NCBI GenBank assembly: GCA_951406725.2
Contig: OX597817.1
Location: 41,416,001-41,480,000, forward strand
Direction: 5' to 3'
Length of the DNA: 64,000 nucleotides
Source of the DNA: Octopus vulgaris
Lineage: Eukaryota
The notes below the pieces were generated by a model. The model was not told the origin of the DNA. It made no database searches and saw only the letters and a program-made list of their open reading frames with translations. Position 1 is the stretch's first letter; every line of letters starts with the position of its first letter. Below, piece after piece: positions 39,372 to 53,166 of this stretch. A program made the translations under genes and the position numbers.

Positions 39372-39727
39372 GAATGTGATCGATGCCAGGTCCACCTGAC
39401 TGGCACCTGTGTCAGTGGCATGTAAAAAGCATCATCCAAATGTGACCGATGCTAGTGCCCCATGACTGGCTCCCATGCCAATGGCACATAAAAAGCACCA
39501 TTCGAACATGGCTGGTGCCAGTGCCCCTGATTGGCTGCTGTGCCAGTGGCACATAAAAAGCACCCACTACACTCTTGGAGTGGTTGGCATTAGGAAAGGT
39601 ATCCAGCTGTAGGAACATTGCCAGATCAGATTGGAGCCTGGTGCAGCCATTGGCTTTCCAGACCTCAGTCAAACCGTCCAACCCATGCGAACATGGAAAA
39701 CGGATGTTAAACGATGATGATGATGAT
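39372..39727 (+). mobile_element. Retroposon family D with internal tandem repeats
   Basis: Three units of GTGGCAC(A/G)TAAAAAGCACC plus a partial upstream unit, then the same core and (GAT)n tail. Confidence 0.85.
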
Positions 39728-40417
39728 AATATGCAAATATGTGCCATCAGAACAGGTCTCGGCAAAATGTACACAAAAAAGTCTAGACTGACTATAAATA
39801 GTGACAAATAAAAGAAAAAAGAAACATTTTGGAAAACCAATAGGAATCTAACAATAACTCATTGTAATGTATTATGTTGTAACATTTTTTTATATTTTCT
39901 AAAATTTTAGTTTAGTCATTGCTTGACAACCCGTTTCCATGTTAAAAAGAAAAAAGAGAAACTTTTGTTTCTTTTTTGAAAATTTCAACATTATTTTTGT
40001 TGGAGAACCTGTTTCAAGAGTTGGAAACATTTCAAACTGTAGGCATCTTGTAGTTATGGTTTTCACAGTGGACTTTCTGAGTGGAACTTTCTACACTACC
40101 TGAGATCCGCAATATTCCATACCTTTATTTCACAAAGCAACAACACATATGAAACTAGTAACTGTAAAACTTTATGGCCAAAACAGCTGCACATTGGCTC
40201 AGCCACTGAGAGAAAATATTATCATTTTATCTATTTCAAGAAGGAGAAGTGATTCAATATAGCAATGGAGACTTATTAGAATTGCCTCCACAATCTTTGA
40301 AACGAGGATGGGATAAGTAATTAAAAAGATGATTATTATTCTATTATTGTTGCATTTCGGGATGATTTCTTTTCTTTTTTTTTTTTTGTTGCCATATAAA
40401 CACAAGCACAATATATT

Positions 40418-41075
40418 TGAGCTGGTAGAATCATTAGCACACTGGGCAAAATGCTTATTTCATCTGCTGCTACATTCTGAATTCAAATTCCGCCAAGGTC
40501 GACTTTGCCTTTTAATCTTTCGGGGATTGACGCTTTAAGTACTAGTTACGGGGTCATTGTAATTGACCGGTACCCTTCCCAACCAAATTTGAGGTTTGAT
40601 CCTCCAGTAGAAAGGATTATAATTACTATTATTTTTATTATTAAGGTGTCGAGCCTTCAAAACTGTTAGTACACCAAGCAAAGTGCTTAGCGGCATTTTG
40701 TCTACCTTTACGTCCTGAGTTCAAATTCTGTTGGCATTGACTTTGCCTTTCATCCTTTAGGAGGTTAATAAAATAAGTATCAGTTGAGCACTGGGAGGGG
40801 GGGGGGGTCGATGTAATCACCTTAACCTCTCCCCAAACTTACTGGCCTTGTACCAAAATTTGAAATCATTATTATTATTAAAGAAGTGAGTTTCCCAGAA
40901 CTTTTGCAGCATTTTTACTAGGTCTTTATGTTCTGCATTCAAATCCTGTGGTCAACTTTACCTTTCAGGGTCAATGAAATAAAGTAGCAGTCAAGTACTG
41001 GTGTTTTATGTAACTGACTTGCCACTGCCCCCATCTCCTCAAAATTGCAGATCTTGGGCAAAATTAGAAAGAATT
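40418..41075 (+). mobile_element. Three co-oriented SINE family A copies separated by (ATT)n
   Basis: Copies at ~40418-40618, ~40643-40866 and ~40880-41075. Confidence 0.8.
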
Positions 41076-41092
41076 CTTCTTCTTATTAGTAT

Positions 41093-41632
41093 TGAGTGAG
41101 AGAGCAGTGCAGGCCATCGAAGTCACACTGGGGTACAAATATATGAAGCCAAGTATACCCATCATGACTGTCTGATAAGGGTACACCAGGCACACGCATC
41201 ACAACCATATGTATGCAACATAGTGAACTCATATCAAGATAAACAACACATGACCTTGCAGGTGGGGCCCAGTTAGAATTCTCTTCAAGTTGAGTAGCCC
41301 ATCCTGCTCAAAAGGTCCCTGAATAAGGGTTGTTTAAGGATGTTGAACAAAACGTCCATGTTTCCAGAAGTGAATTATTCAAACCCCAAAGAATTCCTCT
41401 CAACATATGGCCATGATGCCACCCCACTACTTCTGCTCATACTGTCAACCACCAAGGGTCATGCTCAACTGGTAAAAGTCAAACAACTGACAAGCAAATC
41501 TGTGGTACTTAGCAGAATATATGCTGTAGCCCATATTTTATGCCAAGAAAAAAAAAACATGTACATGATAGCACTTCCAATTAGTCAAGATCAGAAGCCA
41601 TGAGGGCTAGTGCCTGATACTGCATCAGGGCA
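41093..41632 (-). mobile_element. Unclassified interspersed repeat family E (longer copy)
   Basis: Shares GAGTGAGAGAGCAGTGCA...CCACTACTTCTGCT with 15921-16281, extends to TGCATCAGGGCA, and has (ATT)n on both sides. Confidence 0.8.
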
Positions 41633-43297
41633 CTATTATTATTATTAATAATAATAATATTCAAGAGTGAGAACAAGAAATCAAGAATGTGCACACATGC
41701 ACACACACAGATATGTAGAAATAAATAGTTTGGAGAGAATTGGTAAGACCAGGAACCAGGTTGGAATATTGAAAGACATTACCAATTGCAATTTGGTCAA
41801 CAAAACACTTTTTTTTTATTTATCCCACCTTAAACCATGCATTTTTTAAATTACAGCTTCATTGGTTGGTACCTTCCAATGGATCAGAATCTGGTTTGCT
41901 GTATTTCACAGAGAGACAATGACAAACAAGTGTCTGGAAAACATGAGTGCAATAAATATAACAATTTTACCCTTTGTGCAATGCACTGGTGCATTGGTTG
42001 TTTTTTTTCTTGCAGATGTTATTGCTTTCACCGTCGTAAATGACAGGTAAAGGTCCAGTAACCTCTTGCAGAACAACCTGCACAGATGAATTTTTTACGG
42101 TTATTAAATGCTTGTGCTGCACATTAGCTCACACCCTCCTTTAAATTGTCATTGCCTGTACAGGTACATGGTGTGCCACATGTCAGGTGTCGAAGTGAAT
42201 GCAGATCTAATGCAGCATATCAGGCTTGGCTTAGCTAACTGGTACTCATTTTGTAGCTAAGTGGACTTAAGTAACATGAAGCGAAGTGTTTTGCTCATGA
42301 AAATTATACACCTCCCAGTCCAGGATCACCGCTTAGTCCAGAATCGCTGCCTGGTCCAGGATTGCTGCCTTGTCCAGAATTGCCACCTGGTCCTGGATTG
42401 AAACCACAATCATGAAACTGAAAGAGCAACACCCTAACTTTTAATCCACATGCCTTCACATATACATACATACATACATGTATGTATGTATGTATACATC
42501 TATACATACATACATATATGTATAAATACACACAGCCATATGAGTATGCATGTGTATATGTGTATATCTACACATATGCACAGCTATGCGGACACCAGTA
42601 TTTAGAATAAGCACAGCCTTGCATGTTGTAAAAGACAGGTAAAAGAATTGCTGTCAGGATAGGCCTAAGTCATAAAAGATTGCCTGTCCTACCCTGACCA
42701 TCAAGGGGAAAATGGATGCACAAATGACATCGATGATGATGTGTGGGGTTGATTTATTTACAAGTGTTTAGTGTAGATTCAAGGGTACATACAAAAGGGT
42801 ATTATGCCTCCCATGTTGAATGAAAAAGCTCTAAGTTCTAACTCAGCAACATATACAGACATGTACTACAACATACACACACACACACAAACCCACACAC
42901 CCACTCACGCAAACAAACAAGCTGTCACATGAAAAATGTTCATCACCGTATGATGCAATTAGCTTCCATTGTATAAAAATATTATGTCAGTCATGAGTCT
43001 TAAAATAGCCTTAATGAGTTATTAAATACTTGACTATGTTTTTTTTTCGTTTTTGTTTTATACACAAGTTCATTTGCATTAAGGAATTTTCTTTTAATTG
43101 TAGTAACTTTTTATTTACTTTTTTTCTCTTTTCTTTTTCCGGTTTCTGTATCAATGTTTGGTCACAGAAACAAACGAAGGGGAAGGCTCAAGCATGAAAT
43201 ATAGTGTATACACAATAATCTACTGAAAATACCCAAGTAAAAAAAATAGGTATTTTGTGTCCAAGTCTTTATTGAATGCATAATCTTTGGGTGAGTC

Positions 43298-43553
43298 CAG
43301 TGGTTTTCAACCTGGGCTCATATGACCCTCGGAAGCCCATATAAAATTTTTTTGTTAAAATTTATGTGTAATAAAATGCTTATACTTCTCCAATACACAA
43401 GATATTTAAATTTTTTTTACATAGAATTTATAATAACATCTAAGTACAAAAATATAGTAGGATTTTTTTTTGTATACATTAAATGGATAAGGGTCCAGTA
43501 AATAAAACAAGAATCAAAGAGGTCTATAGGCAAAAATTGGTTGAGACCCACTG
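43298..43553. mobile_element. hAT (Charlie-like) MITE
   Basis: TIRs CAGTGGTTTTCAACC ... GGTTGAGACCCACTG. The flanking 8-mers only partly match (GGTGAGTC / GGTCAGAG). Confidence 0.7.
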
Positions 43554-44518
43554 GGTCAGAGCGATCCCAGAGAATTTAATATACATGAAGTACTTAGACA
43601 AGTTTGGGCTTCTCCATGTCATATAAACCAAGAGAGCTCCAAGTGAATTCTTTTCCTTTTTCTGTTTTAAATTATTATTTTCACATCATTTTAATCAGTG
43701 ATTGTGTAAGTTGCAGGTGATAACTGTATCTTAATTAGTCTTCAGATTATTGGGAGCACCACCTGCACTGTGGTATATCTCTAAAGATGTTCCATAAATA
43801 AATTCCATAAGGAGATAAAGGTCTTTGCTGTAAGTTACAGGAAAACTGTCTAATAGATAAATGTAATGCCATTGAGATTAAGGGCAACGGTAAGGATGGG
43901 AAGCCAGACTTGGCTCTCTTAACCAAGAAATCCTTTGTCTGCAAAATTATCAGGAATTAGAGTTTTTCAGGAACTTCAATTTTATTTATCATTCCTAATG
44001 TTAATATTCTAAGGATGGTTTGAAATTCCATTCTTTACAAGTACTTTACTTCCCTCCACTTCGAAATTATTCATGGTTTCTCAATTTTGATAAGACACAT
44101 TAGGAGGACTGATATGTGAATACCAGACTATCAATATCGTTTACTACTTCTTTTCAGATTTTTCTGTTTGCACAACACTCAGTAATCATTACTGATTATG
44201 TGGTTGTTATTTATCCCCAAGTCAATCCTGATCCAACAGACCTATGGTTAAAGGAATTCAAACATAACAATCCTATCATTTTAGAGATATGTGCAATAAC
44301 ATTATCCAAAGTGTCATTTCTTTTCCTAAGACAACTGACTGTGATTTGAGAGTGGCTTGGCTATTTCTATTGGTCACATGCTTTTGTCTAGCACCTTAGG
44401 ATGTCTTTAGCAGAGTCCACTCTGTTGTATGCATTTGGGTCAGACCTCTAGTCTGTGGATACCTTCCTACATCCCTTTCACCAGTCTCAGTAAGCACTGT
44501 AAAAGGTTTAGACACTGT

Positions 44519-44807
44519 TTGTTCCTTCTTGAGCCATGCCTGGCTCATTAGGGCCAGTTTCCCGGTTTCTTGGCGTATAGGTTCCCCACCTGGACGGGAC
44601 ACCGGTCCGTCACAGGTGACCTGCAAGATGCAGGAGGAAAGAGTGAAAGAAAGTTGTGGCGAAAGAGTCAGTAGAAGTTCGTCATTACCTTCTGCTGAAG
44701 CTTAGGTGTTTTGCTCATAAACACATACATCGCCCAGTCTGAGATTCGAACCCACAATCCCTCGACCGCGAGTCCGCTGCTCTAACCACTAGGCCATGTG
44801 CCTCCAC
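44519..44807 (-). mobile_element. tRNA-derived SINE with 13-bp TSD
   Basis: Reverse head GTGGAGGCACATGGCCTAGTGGTTAGAGCAGCGG...GGTTCGAATCTC. TSD GTTTAGACACTGT at 44506-44518 and 44808-44820. Confidence 0.9.
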
Positions 44808-45427
44808 GTTTAGACACTGTATAGACAGATAAAACAAAACAAGTGACCTCATATACTTTCCCTTGTAGACTCACATCTAACTAAATTTATCTCAGATAAA
44901 ATATTTTAACTTCATCTGAAATGTTTCTATTTTAAAAGATATTTTCATAAATCTTATTACTGTAGTTTTCTCTGTGGGAATATATCAAATATGTATTTCG
45001 AATGTTAACAGATTTTAGGTGATGAATTATAAATTCAATCTGCCATAATTTTACTCACTTTCCTTCATATGTCTTTTAGTTCCCTTATTTTCCAATTTAT
45101 GACATTAGAAATGTGAAACATATAATGTGATTATATATTAGATATTATTATATTATTTCTTCTTGACATCATATCTTAAAAGTCAGAGTGAATCTACATC
45201 ACTGCTTGCATCCTACTTTAACTTATTTTACTTCCTTGTACAGCAGATTCATTGTAATAGCAATTAAGGTGTTTGTCCTTAATTTTTTCTTAAATCATTG
45301 ATTTATAAATATATAAGCTTCCTTTTCTTCCTCCACAAATCCATTTCCCTACAAGATGGCATTAAAGCTCCATACTCACATATAAGTGAGATGTGGTCCC
45401 TAACCCACTTGAGTAGGTAGTAATACC

Positions 45428-45661
45428 TATTTCTTTACTACCCACAGGGAGCTAAACACAGAGGGGACAAACAAGGACAGACAAACGGATTAAGTCGATT
45501 ACATCGACCCCACTGCGTAACTGGTACTTATTTAATCGACCCCGAAAAGATGAAAGGCAAAGTCGACCTCGGCGGAATTTGAACTCAGAACGTAGCGGCA
45601 GACGAAATACCACTCAGCATTTCGCCTGGTGTGCTAATGTTTCTGCCAGCTCACCGCCTTG
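45428..45661 (-). mobile_element. SINE family A with 17-bp TSD
   Basis: CpG-rich, young-looking copy. TSD GAGT(A/G)GGTAGTAATACC at 45411-45427 and 45662-45678. Confidence 0.9.
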
Positions 45662-46763
45662 GAGTGGGTAGTAATACCATGTAAGGACTATCTCAGACCA
45701 GGAGGAGCCATCCTACCCATAACAGCAGCATGGAGAGTAGACATGAAAAGATAATGATGACCGTAATAGTTCTACCATTTTATTTTGTCACTACCAATTT
45801 CTTATGATTCACGGTTGACGTTAGTGGTGCTGCCTTATTTGTACAGAATGTTTTTCAATATTCAATAGTGTATTCCTTATAGTCTATCTTCATACACCCT
45901 GTTGGGTTTTGAGACAATCTTCTTCTGATGTTCAATACACTTTTGTTCACTAATATGAATATATTTGCATCAACATAAATAGATTAAGCATCGAGCTATT
46001 TATCTTCTAGGAACATAATATATAGATGTCTGCACTGTTTTATGTGTTGCCAACAAGCAAGTGACCAGCTTATGATTCTTTGTTTTAGCAATAAACAGCC
46101 ATTCTCTTCAGCTAACCAGTGTTTATATTTTCAATAGATTGTCAAGTTTCTTTTGAAAGTGATTTATAAATACTTATAATGATCAAGTCACCAACATTGT
46201 TCTATATTCTGTCTTTACATGTGTGTGTGTGTGTGTGTATCACACACACGATGCTCACACAGCCAAATAATGCGCATTATTTTTATGTATTCACACATAA
46301 AAACCAGCCAAATATTAACCGACTGATCACTTAATACATTTAAGTATATTTTTAACAAGGAAAATGTTGATAGTGACTTCAAAGTTTACTGTGGGCTGGA
46401 TTCAGCAGACAGTCTGATAAAGCTAACCCTCACTGACACTTCAAAGTCACTGTCAACCACTTCTTTGTAAACATACACACACACACACATTACACACATA
46501 TATGCTAAAACTGTCTTCCCATTATCAACAGGTCTGACTAATATCTTTATAGTATATTTATCTATTTCTGTAAATGTTCTCGTATCGTGTTTACTCATAC
46601 ACTGTTTATGTATCTCTTTCAAAGAGTTAATGTTTCCAGTAAAGTGATTCTGGTTTCTGTTTAATCTGCTGCTGCTATTACTACAATGCAATTTACAATA
46701 CAATTTGAGATAGTAAACAACCAACATAGAAAGATGTTTCTAGAATATGCTTTGCATTTGAAC

Positions 46764-46868
46764 TCAGACTTGGGTTTCAGTTTAATCTTCACATCGGATT
46801 TATTTTTTGGTTTTCAGACATGGCTTTCAGACTTGGGTTTCAGTTTAATCTTCATGTCGGATTTATTT
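46764..46868. repeat. 63-nt-period tandem duplication
   Basis: TCAGACTTGGGTTTCAGTTTAATCTTCA(CA/TG)TCGGATTTATTT at 46764 and 46827. Confidence 0.9.
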
Positions 46869-48026
46869 CTGTGTTTGATGGCATAAAAGATGCACAAGCA
46901 TATTAGATGCACCAAATTTCAGAAGTGATTATTCAAGAAAAAATTCTGGGAGGCCCAACTTCACATATAGGAGCTGCAGGGATATTTTGAGATATTTTTG
47001 GAGGAAAAAGTGTGTCTTGTATGCCATTAAATAAAGTATTCATTAACTTAATGGTTGTTGTTTAGCCTTAAATTAGCCTAGGTCAATAAGACCTATAATT
47101 AAAGGAATTCTAACCATGACCATCCAATGTAACAAGGACAGCATTATCCAGTGTCTTCTTTTTTTTTTTTTTCAACAGTAGTGTGTAGTTTGAGAGAGAT
47201 TTGACTGTTATTTCTAGCTAGTCAAATGACTGTACAGAGTCTTCTTCACTGAGCCGCAGTTCTACCACCAATGTCAGAAGACAGTTATTGCACAGTTTCC
47301 ATCACCACCACTACTGCTACCATCCAGAAAAACAGCACACAGGCCATTTACTGGACCCTGTGCTCTGGAGCATAGTGTCATATTTACTGCAGGAAAATTT
47401 GGGATGTGAAGGCCCTTTGATTTGAGATCAAACTTGTATACAATCTTTGGGCTTAATGGATTCATCTAATTATTGTAGCGGCATTAACATAGACGAGCTC
47501 TCATGCCTGAACTCCCATGTCAATGTTTCCATGACAAACACGAAGAACAAGGGATTTAGCAATAATCTTTGATGTATGTTGATTCTCATATCAAACCAAG
47601 AGCCAAACATGCTGCTTATACAAATATAACACCATACATTTACGTGCTGTGAGATTCTAAACGCCCACAAACACCTTTAATGTTACATTTTTTGAAATTG
47701 TTTCTATGTTATATATTTTCCCCCCTCTTCTTTATTTCACTTAGCGTCTATTTACCTATCCTCTCATTGATTGTATGTTATTAGCGTTTCTATTATTATC
47801 AATAATCTTATGCTTTTGTTCACAACAACATAACAATGAAACAGAAGCAGGACTCCACCCTTTAAAATCAAACACCATAATAATTGAAGAACAAATGGAG
47901 ATTATATATACATGGTTTGCCCCTAGTGGTCAGCAGCTATTGTAAGGGAGACAATCCATTTCAGATTACGTTATTGCAGGATTGAAAAGTAATTGATTTA
48001 ATAAGTCTCCATTTTGTTTTACTTAC

Positions 48027-48207
48027 CCTTTTGGATCCAGAAGATCATGAACTTTCTCGTTATATATTTCCATATATGATACTTCTACTTTGTAGGTCAA
48101 ATCAGGGTCATCATTTGTGGCTATTTTCTCAAAAAGGGCATCACACAAACGAGGTATTATTCCTTTCTCGTCTGCTGTTCCCATCATAGTATATGATTTG
48201 CCAGAAC
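48027..48207 (-). CDS. KIF13: Kinesin-3 (KIF13/Khc-73) motor-domain exon containing the P-loop
   Basis: tctctgtctctAG acceptor and GTAAGT donor. The 181 nt encode (G)SGKSYTMMGTADEKGIIPRLCDALFEKIATNDDPDLTYKVEVSYMEIYNEKVHDLLDPK(G), including Walker A GSGKS and VSYMEIYNE. Confidence 0.96.
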
Positions 48208-48782
48208 CTAGAGACAGAGAAAAAGAAGAAAAAAAAGATGAACGAAAAAAGTAAATATTTCAAAAACACACACACACACACACATAGGTGTATAATATGT
48301 AAAAACAAAATAAAAATCTCTAAAAGAAAAGTCAAAGTCAACTGAAAGCTAATAGATGTAAGATAGGAAATGTAATTTCTTTTTTGTCTATAATCTCTAA
48401 TAATAAAGAAGCCATTTTATTTATGCCATTGCACTTTTATAGTTCACATTTTCAATAAAGTTTATGCACAATAATTAGAATTCTTACAATATTACATTTT
48501 ATGGAGACAGGAGAAGAAAAAAAAGCACAGTTTTCAATATGTTTACTATTTAAAATTTCTGGATGATGATGATATATCCTTTCTTCAAAATATTTTGAAA
48601 TATATATCTTGTCTTCAATGTATATGAAATATATATATATATATATATCTTATAGCTTATGTCAAATTGGAAAATAAAATGAAACAAAATAAAAGAAAAT
48701 GAAGTATTGTAGTTGTTGCATTTAATTTTGTTTCTCTAGATCCTAAGTTCAAATCTTGTTTCCCTAGATCAGTCTTGATTAA

Positions 48783-49002
48783 CCCTTTCGTTACTGTATT
48801 TATTTTGAGATGCTCAGTGTTTCTTTCAATTACTTTAAATATAACAAAGAATTTAGTAAAATAACTTAGTTATCATTAAGCTAGAGTTAGGAACATATAT
48901 TGTGACTAAGGTTTGGTGGAAAATTTTAATTCAAAACTTATGAAAACAAGACATTTGTATTCAGAGCCAGAGCTGGTTTTAGCTGGGTTAGTAACGGAAG
49001 GG
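48783..49002. mobile_element. piggyBac-type MITE (same family, opposite orientation)
   Basis: TTAA|CCCTTTCGTTAC ... GTAACGGAAGGG|TTAA. Internal sequence is the reverse complement of 53167-53380. Confidence 0.85.
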
Positions 49003-49467
49003 TTAAAGGCAATAAATCTATGATTAAAGGCATTCCAGTCACGACCATCACATCTTTTGAAAGACACATACTATTATATTATATAATGTATACTCTTCAT
49101 TGTTTTAATATGGTGGCATTTGACTGGAGGAAAATTTAGCTGCTATTTGTCACAAGTTGTGTGATCCTGTAGAGCTCCTATGTAATTGTTCAACTTGCTA
49201 AAGATAACAGCCAAATCTCTCCTTCTGGTACAGAAAATACTAACTGTTATTTGTCGCTATACAACACTTCTGCCTTGATTAAAGTAATGGCTCATTATTT
49301 TTATTATCATTACATCATGGAAAATGGATGTTAAACGATGTTGATTGGTGGAAGAATAATGCAATTCTCAGTTGTCAGAAAATAGATTACATATAACTGA
49401 TCAATGCATGATGAAGTCATAAATATATTTTATTTCCTTCCACTGGTATACAACTCTGATTAATTAA

Positions 49468-49711
49468 CCCTTATGATACCAACACGCTTGAAACTAAAGT
49501 TCCATTTTAAAGTGTTTATATGAAAATTAAAACAAATCCTTAGAATTTCATGTAAGAATCTTTTATCATGTTCCAAACATAAACTTACAAATAAAGAAAT
49601 TAGTTTACTAATTATCTCCAATTTTTTTATTATTTAAATATTAATCGAAAATATTAAACATTAATTAAAACAGAGGTAGTGAATTTCATTAGAAATATCA
49701 TTAGAAAAGGA
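49468..49711. mobile_element. Old, diverged copy of the piggyBac-type MITE
   Basis: TTAACCCTTATGATACCAAC start, AAAAGGATTAA end, and patchy internal similarity to 53167-53380. Confidence 0.5.
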
Positions 49712-52700
49712 TTAAAAAGTTTTTTTTTTTTTTAACAATTTCAAAAGTTCCTACATTTTGTAGAGCTAAAATAACTAGCAAATATACCTGCTTGCCACTC
49801 GTTCACCTGTCTTCATCTTTTGTTTTCTGTAAATTTGAATAATAAATAACTAACATCTGTTGGTTAAGTCGATGAGGGTTCCAGCAAATCTGATTAGCAG
49901 AACAGCCTCCTTGTAAAAATAAGATGCAAGTAGCTGAGCACTCTAGAGATTTGTGTACCCTTAACATAATTTTTAGGCAGACACAGAATATAGCAAGACT
50001 AGTCCTTTGAAATATAGGGACTACTCATTTCTGTCAGCTGAGTGAACTGGAGCAACATGAAGTGCCATGTTCAAGGACACATTGCACTCCTGGAAATTGA
50101 ATTCACAACCTTATCATCTATGTGTCTGTGGAATACTCGGCCACTTGCATGTTCTAGAGCTAAATACCAATCTTGAAAAGGAAATAAATGCAACAGGAAA
50201 ATATGCATAAAGAAGGAAGAACCATTTTTCTGACGTAGGGAAAGGTGACCAGTCACAGAATGCTATTGAAAACTTCAATAAAATGTAACTGAAACCAAAG
50301 ACTAAGGCACCTTTGGAATGAAGATATTATGGAAAGATTTTACACTAATGAGTTCCCATATGTCATTAATCCTAATCCTTCTTTATTAATTAGAGGAGGA
50401 GGGCAGCATCTATGACATTTGTAAACTCAGGTGAGATCAGAATAGCTGATGTTTGATTTTTAAAGATTTCTACAGGCTGACTAACATCTTGAAGGAAAAT
50501 GTAGTGAGAGAAGGAATTAGAGTATAATGCTGTTTTAAAGATATGATTGGACAAATTATTTAAAGGAAGATCTTAGTAGAGAAGACAAGAGAAAGAGAGC
50601 TGGGTGCAACAAATGGGCTTGGATAGGGGTTTTAAAAGGAGCAGATATTATTTTTAGTCGTAGAATGGGTGCAGAGAAAAAGCAATAAATTAACAATTAG
50701 ATGTTGGATTGGGTTGATGCATGATGTTGACATTCAGCTAGATTGGTATTTTTTAAAAATGTGGATGTGTGTGTGTGTACACTAATGTATAGATGTGTTT
50801 ACCAGCATCATATTAAATACATGAGGTTTAGTGTGGAACACGCTAGAGCTTTATAAGAGTCATCAGCTGATCAGGGAGGAATTGTTTTCCTGGCCATGAA
50901 GATGAATCCTAACTAGGTTCTCAGATGCAATTTTGGCAATGATAGACGTAAAGTCACTGATGTGAATTATAGTCAAGACTATCGAAAAGGTTGCAAGAAG
51001 CAACGAAAATTTTAGGAAAATAAAAATAAGAAACAAGTGGAAATTTTACCGGTGAGTGTGTTATAAGGCATAAAAAGAAAATGACTCTCCCCAGACACAA
51101 CAGAATATGCTTCAACACATGAACTCATATAAAGAATCTTGCAAACCAAATCCAAAAACGTAACACTGATGTGAAGTTACCATGAAATATTGTCAGAGTT
51201 TGTGATGCCTATCATTTGTAGCGACTGTGAGGCCTTTAGTTGTGGTTATTCATACACAAGGGTCTGTAGTGCAAGGCCATTTGCTTGGCAGTGTGCGTTT
51301 CCATCTCTAAAAGTTTTCAGAGTTTATTTTATAAGGACAATAGATGACTGTCATGGGGTATCTATGATGGATGTGTGTTACTTATTCCTTCTTAGCTCTC
51401 ACTCATCACTTGGCTATTTAAACTCTCCATCACCTTCCAGACATTATTCATATATAACCTCATTAGCAAACATAAGCAACCTACAGCCATCATAAACAGA
51501 AGCTTCAGATGAATTGTGCAATTTGGGAGAGAAAAAATGAAAAAAAAAAGCCCAAAAAACCCCAAAGAATTCTATCTACTGTGAATTTAGAGCCATTCTA
51601 AAAGAATGAGCTACAGCAAGGGATTTCACAAAGCTTGCACATATAAAGAGAAATAAATGCATATCAGAGATTTTTCTCTTTAGTTGTCTGAGTTGGCAAG
51701 TTGAAATATCTTCAACAATATGCAAAACTGTTTATGGAAATTGTAAATGCAGTGGTTGTGCAGCTTTCTTTTGTGTTTGTATAAATCAGAAATTTAGAAA
51801 AAATAATACAAAATTTCCAAAATATTCAGAAGAAGGACATTTCATGAGATGAGATGATTTTCTAAAGCCTTTGACACCAACCTGAAACATGCAGATATAG
51901 AGGGGGTGTGTATGACAGATTGTGAGTTGTGTTTTTAATACAAAGATATCATGTAACTTCCTGGATGATTGTTATGCCTAATTTTGTTGCTGTCCATTGA
52001 AGATTTTACATTTACGCCTCTTGCAAACAACTTATATCATTTATAAACAAGGTGCTTATCATCAAGATTTGTCAGGGATGTGTATCCAGTTAAATGTAAA
52101 TATTTATCAGGATTAAACCTTCTCATAAATCCTTTGTATCTTAATCCCCACTTCTCTGCCTGCTATTTACAAACAAAATTGAAACCAATTGTCTTGGACA
52201 TATGTCTTCACTACTTCAACCATATCCTGTTTTACAGTTCCTATGCAAATCACAGAAATTTCTAAATCCCTTAAATACCTGCCACACTTAGACATATACA
52301 CAAAATCACCCTATGACATTTCTTTCATGTAAAATGGATTGTAAAGTAATGAACGACTCTATAAACTACACCAGAAAATAAATACGGTCAGATCAAGTCT
52401 CTTCGAAAAGGTCAACAGTCGTTTCAAAGACTGAGTTGAGAAAATCTACCAAAATAATTTGATTGCTATACTTGAACAGGAAAACTGTTTTATTAGCATT
52501 TAATCTTCTTCAGAAAAGACAGAAATGATTCATGACAATTATACAAGATAGCACTACCCTCGCAAAATGGTACAGTTTCTTCAACAACATTTCACATTAC
52601 AAGAACTAAATATTCCTATTATATCATGTAATCGTATCTTTTAAATTTATTGCTTTTGCTATGAATTTAGAGAACTTCATAAAAGATTGATTTAGAGAAA

Positions 52701-53166
52701 TGTTATTTCACCAAACTTGATCTCAGTTTATACACAAAGATTGTCAAAAAAGAAACATTAAGATAATTAATGTCTCTCAGTGACAGTGCATTTTGCAGTT
52801 TTTGAATATTTAAATAGCAGCTGAGGTTCCTTTTTAAATCCCAGATCACACCATAAGCTCACTAGAAACTAACACCAATAATCAGCAGTTGAAGAGAATC
52901 CATATTTAATTTAACAATTAAAAAAAAAAAATCTGATTAGAAATTACAATACTGAGAAATCTTCCTCATCAAAGATGTTCTGCTTGGTCTGTATGCACTT
53001 TCTATGTCCTCCATATTTTGATACTACAGCTTAAACAAAAACCATGAAAATACTATTTAAAAGAGATTTTCTATTCTTTTATTGGTTTTAGTTACAGGTT
53101 TGTGGCTATGCTGGATCAGTGCTTCCAATGGTTTAATAAACCGTTTGAAGTTAGTACTTACTTTAA

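Noticed and set aside
44730-44807. tRNA gene candidates (also 11411-11480 and 58295-58365)
   Set aside because: They have A/B boxes but continue into SINE bodies, one with a TSD, and lack a proper acceptor stem. They are SINE heads.
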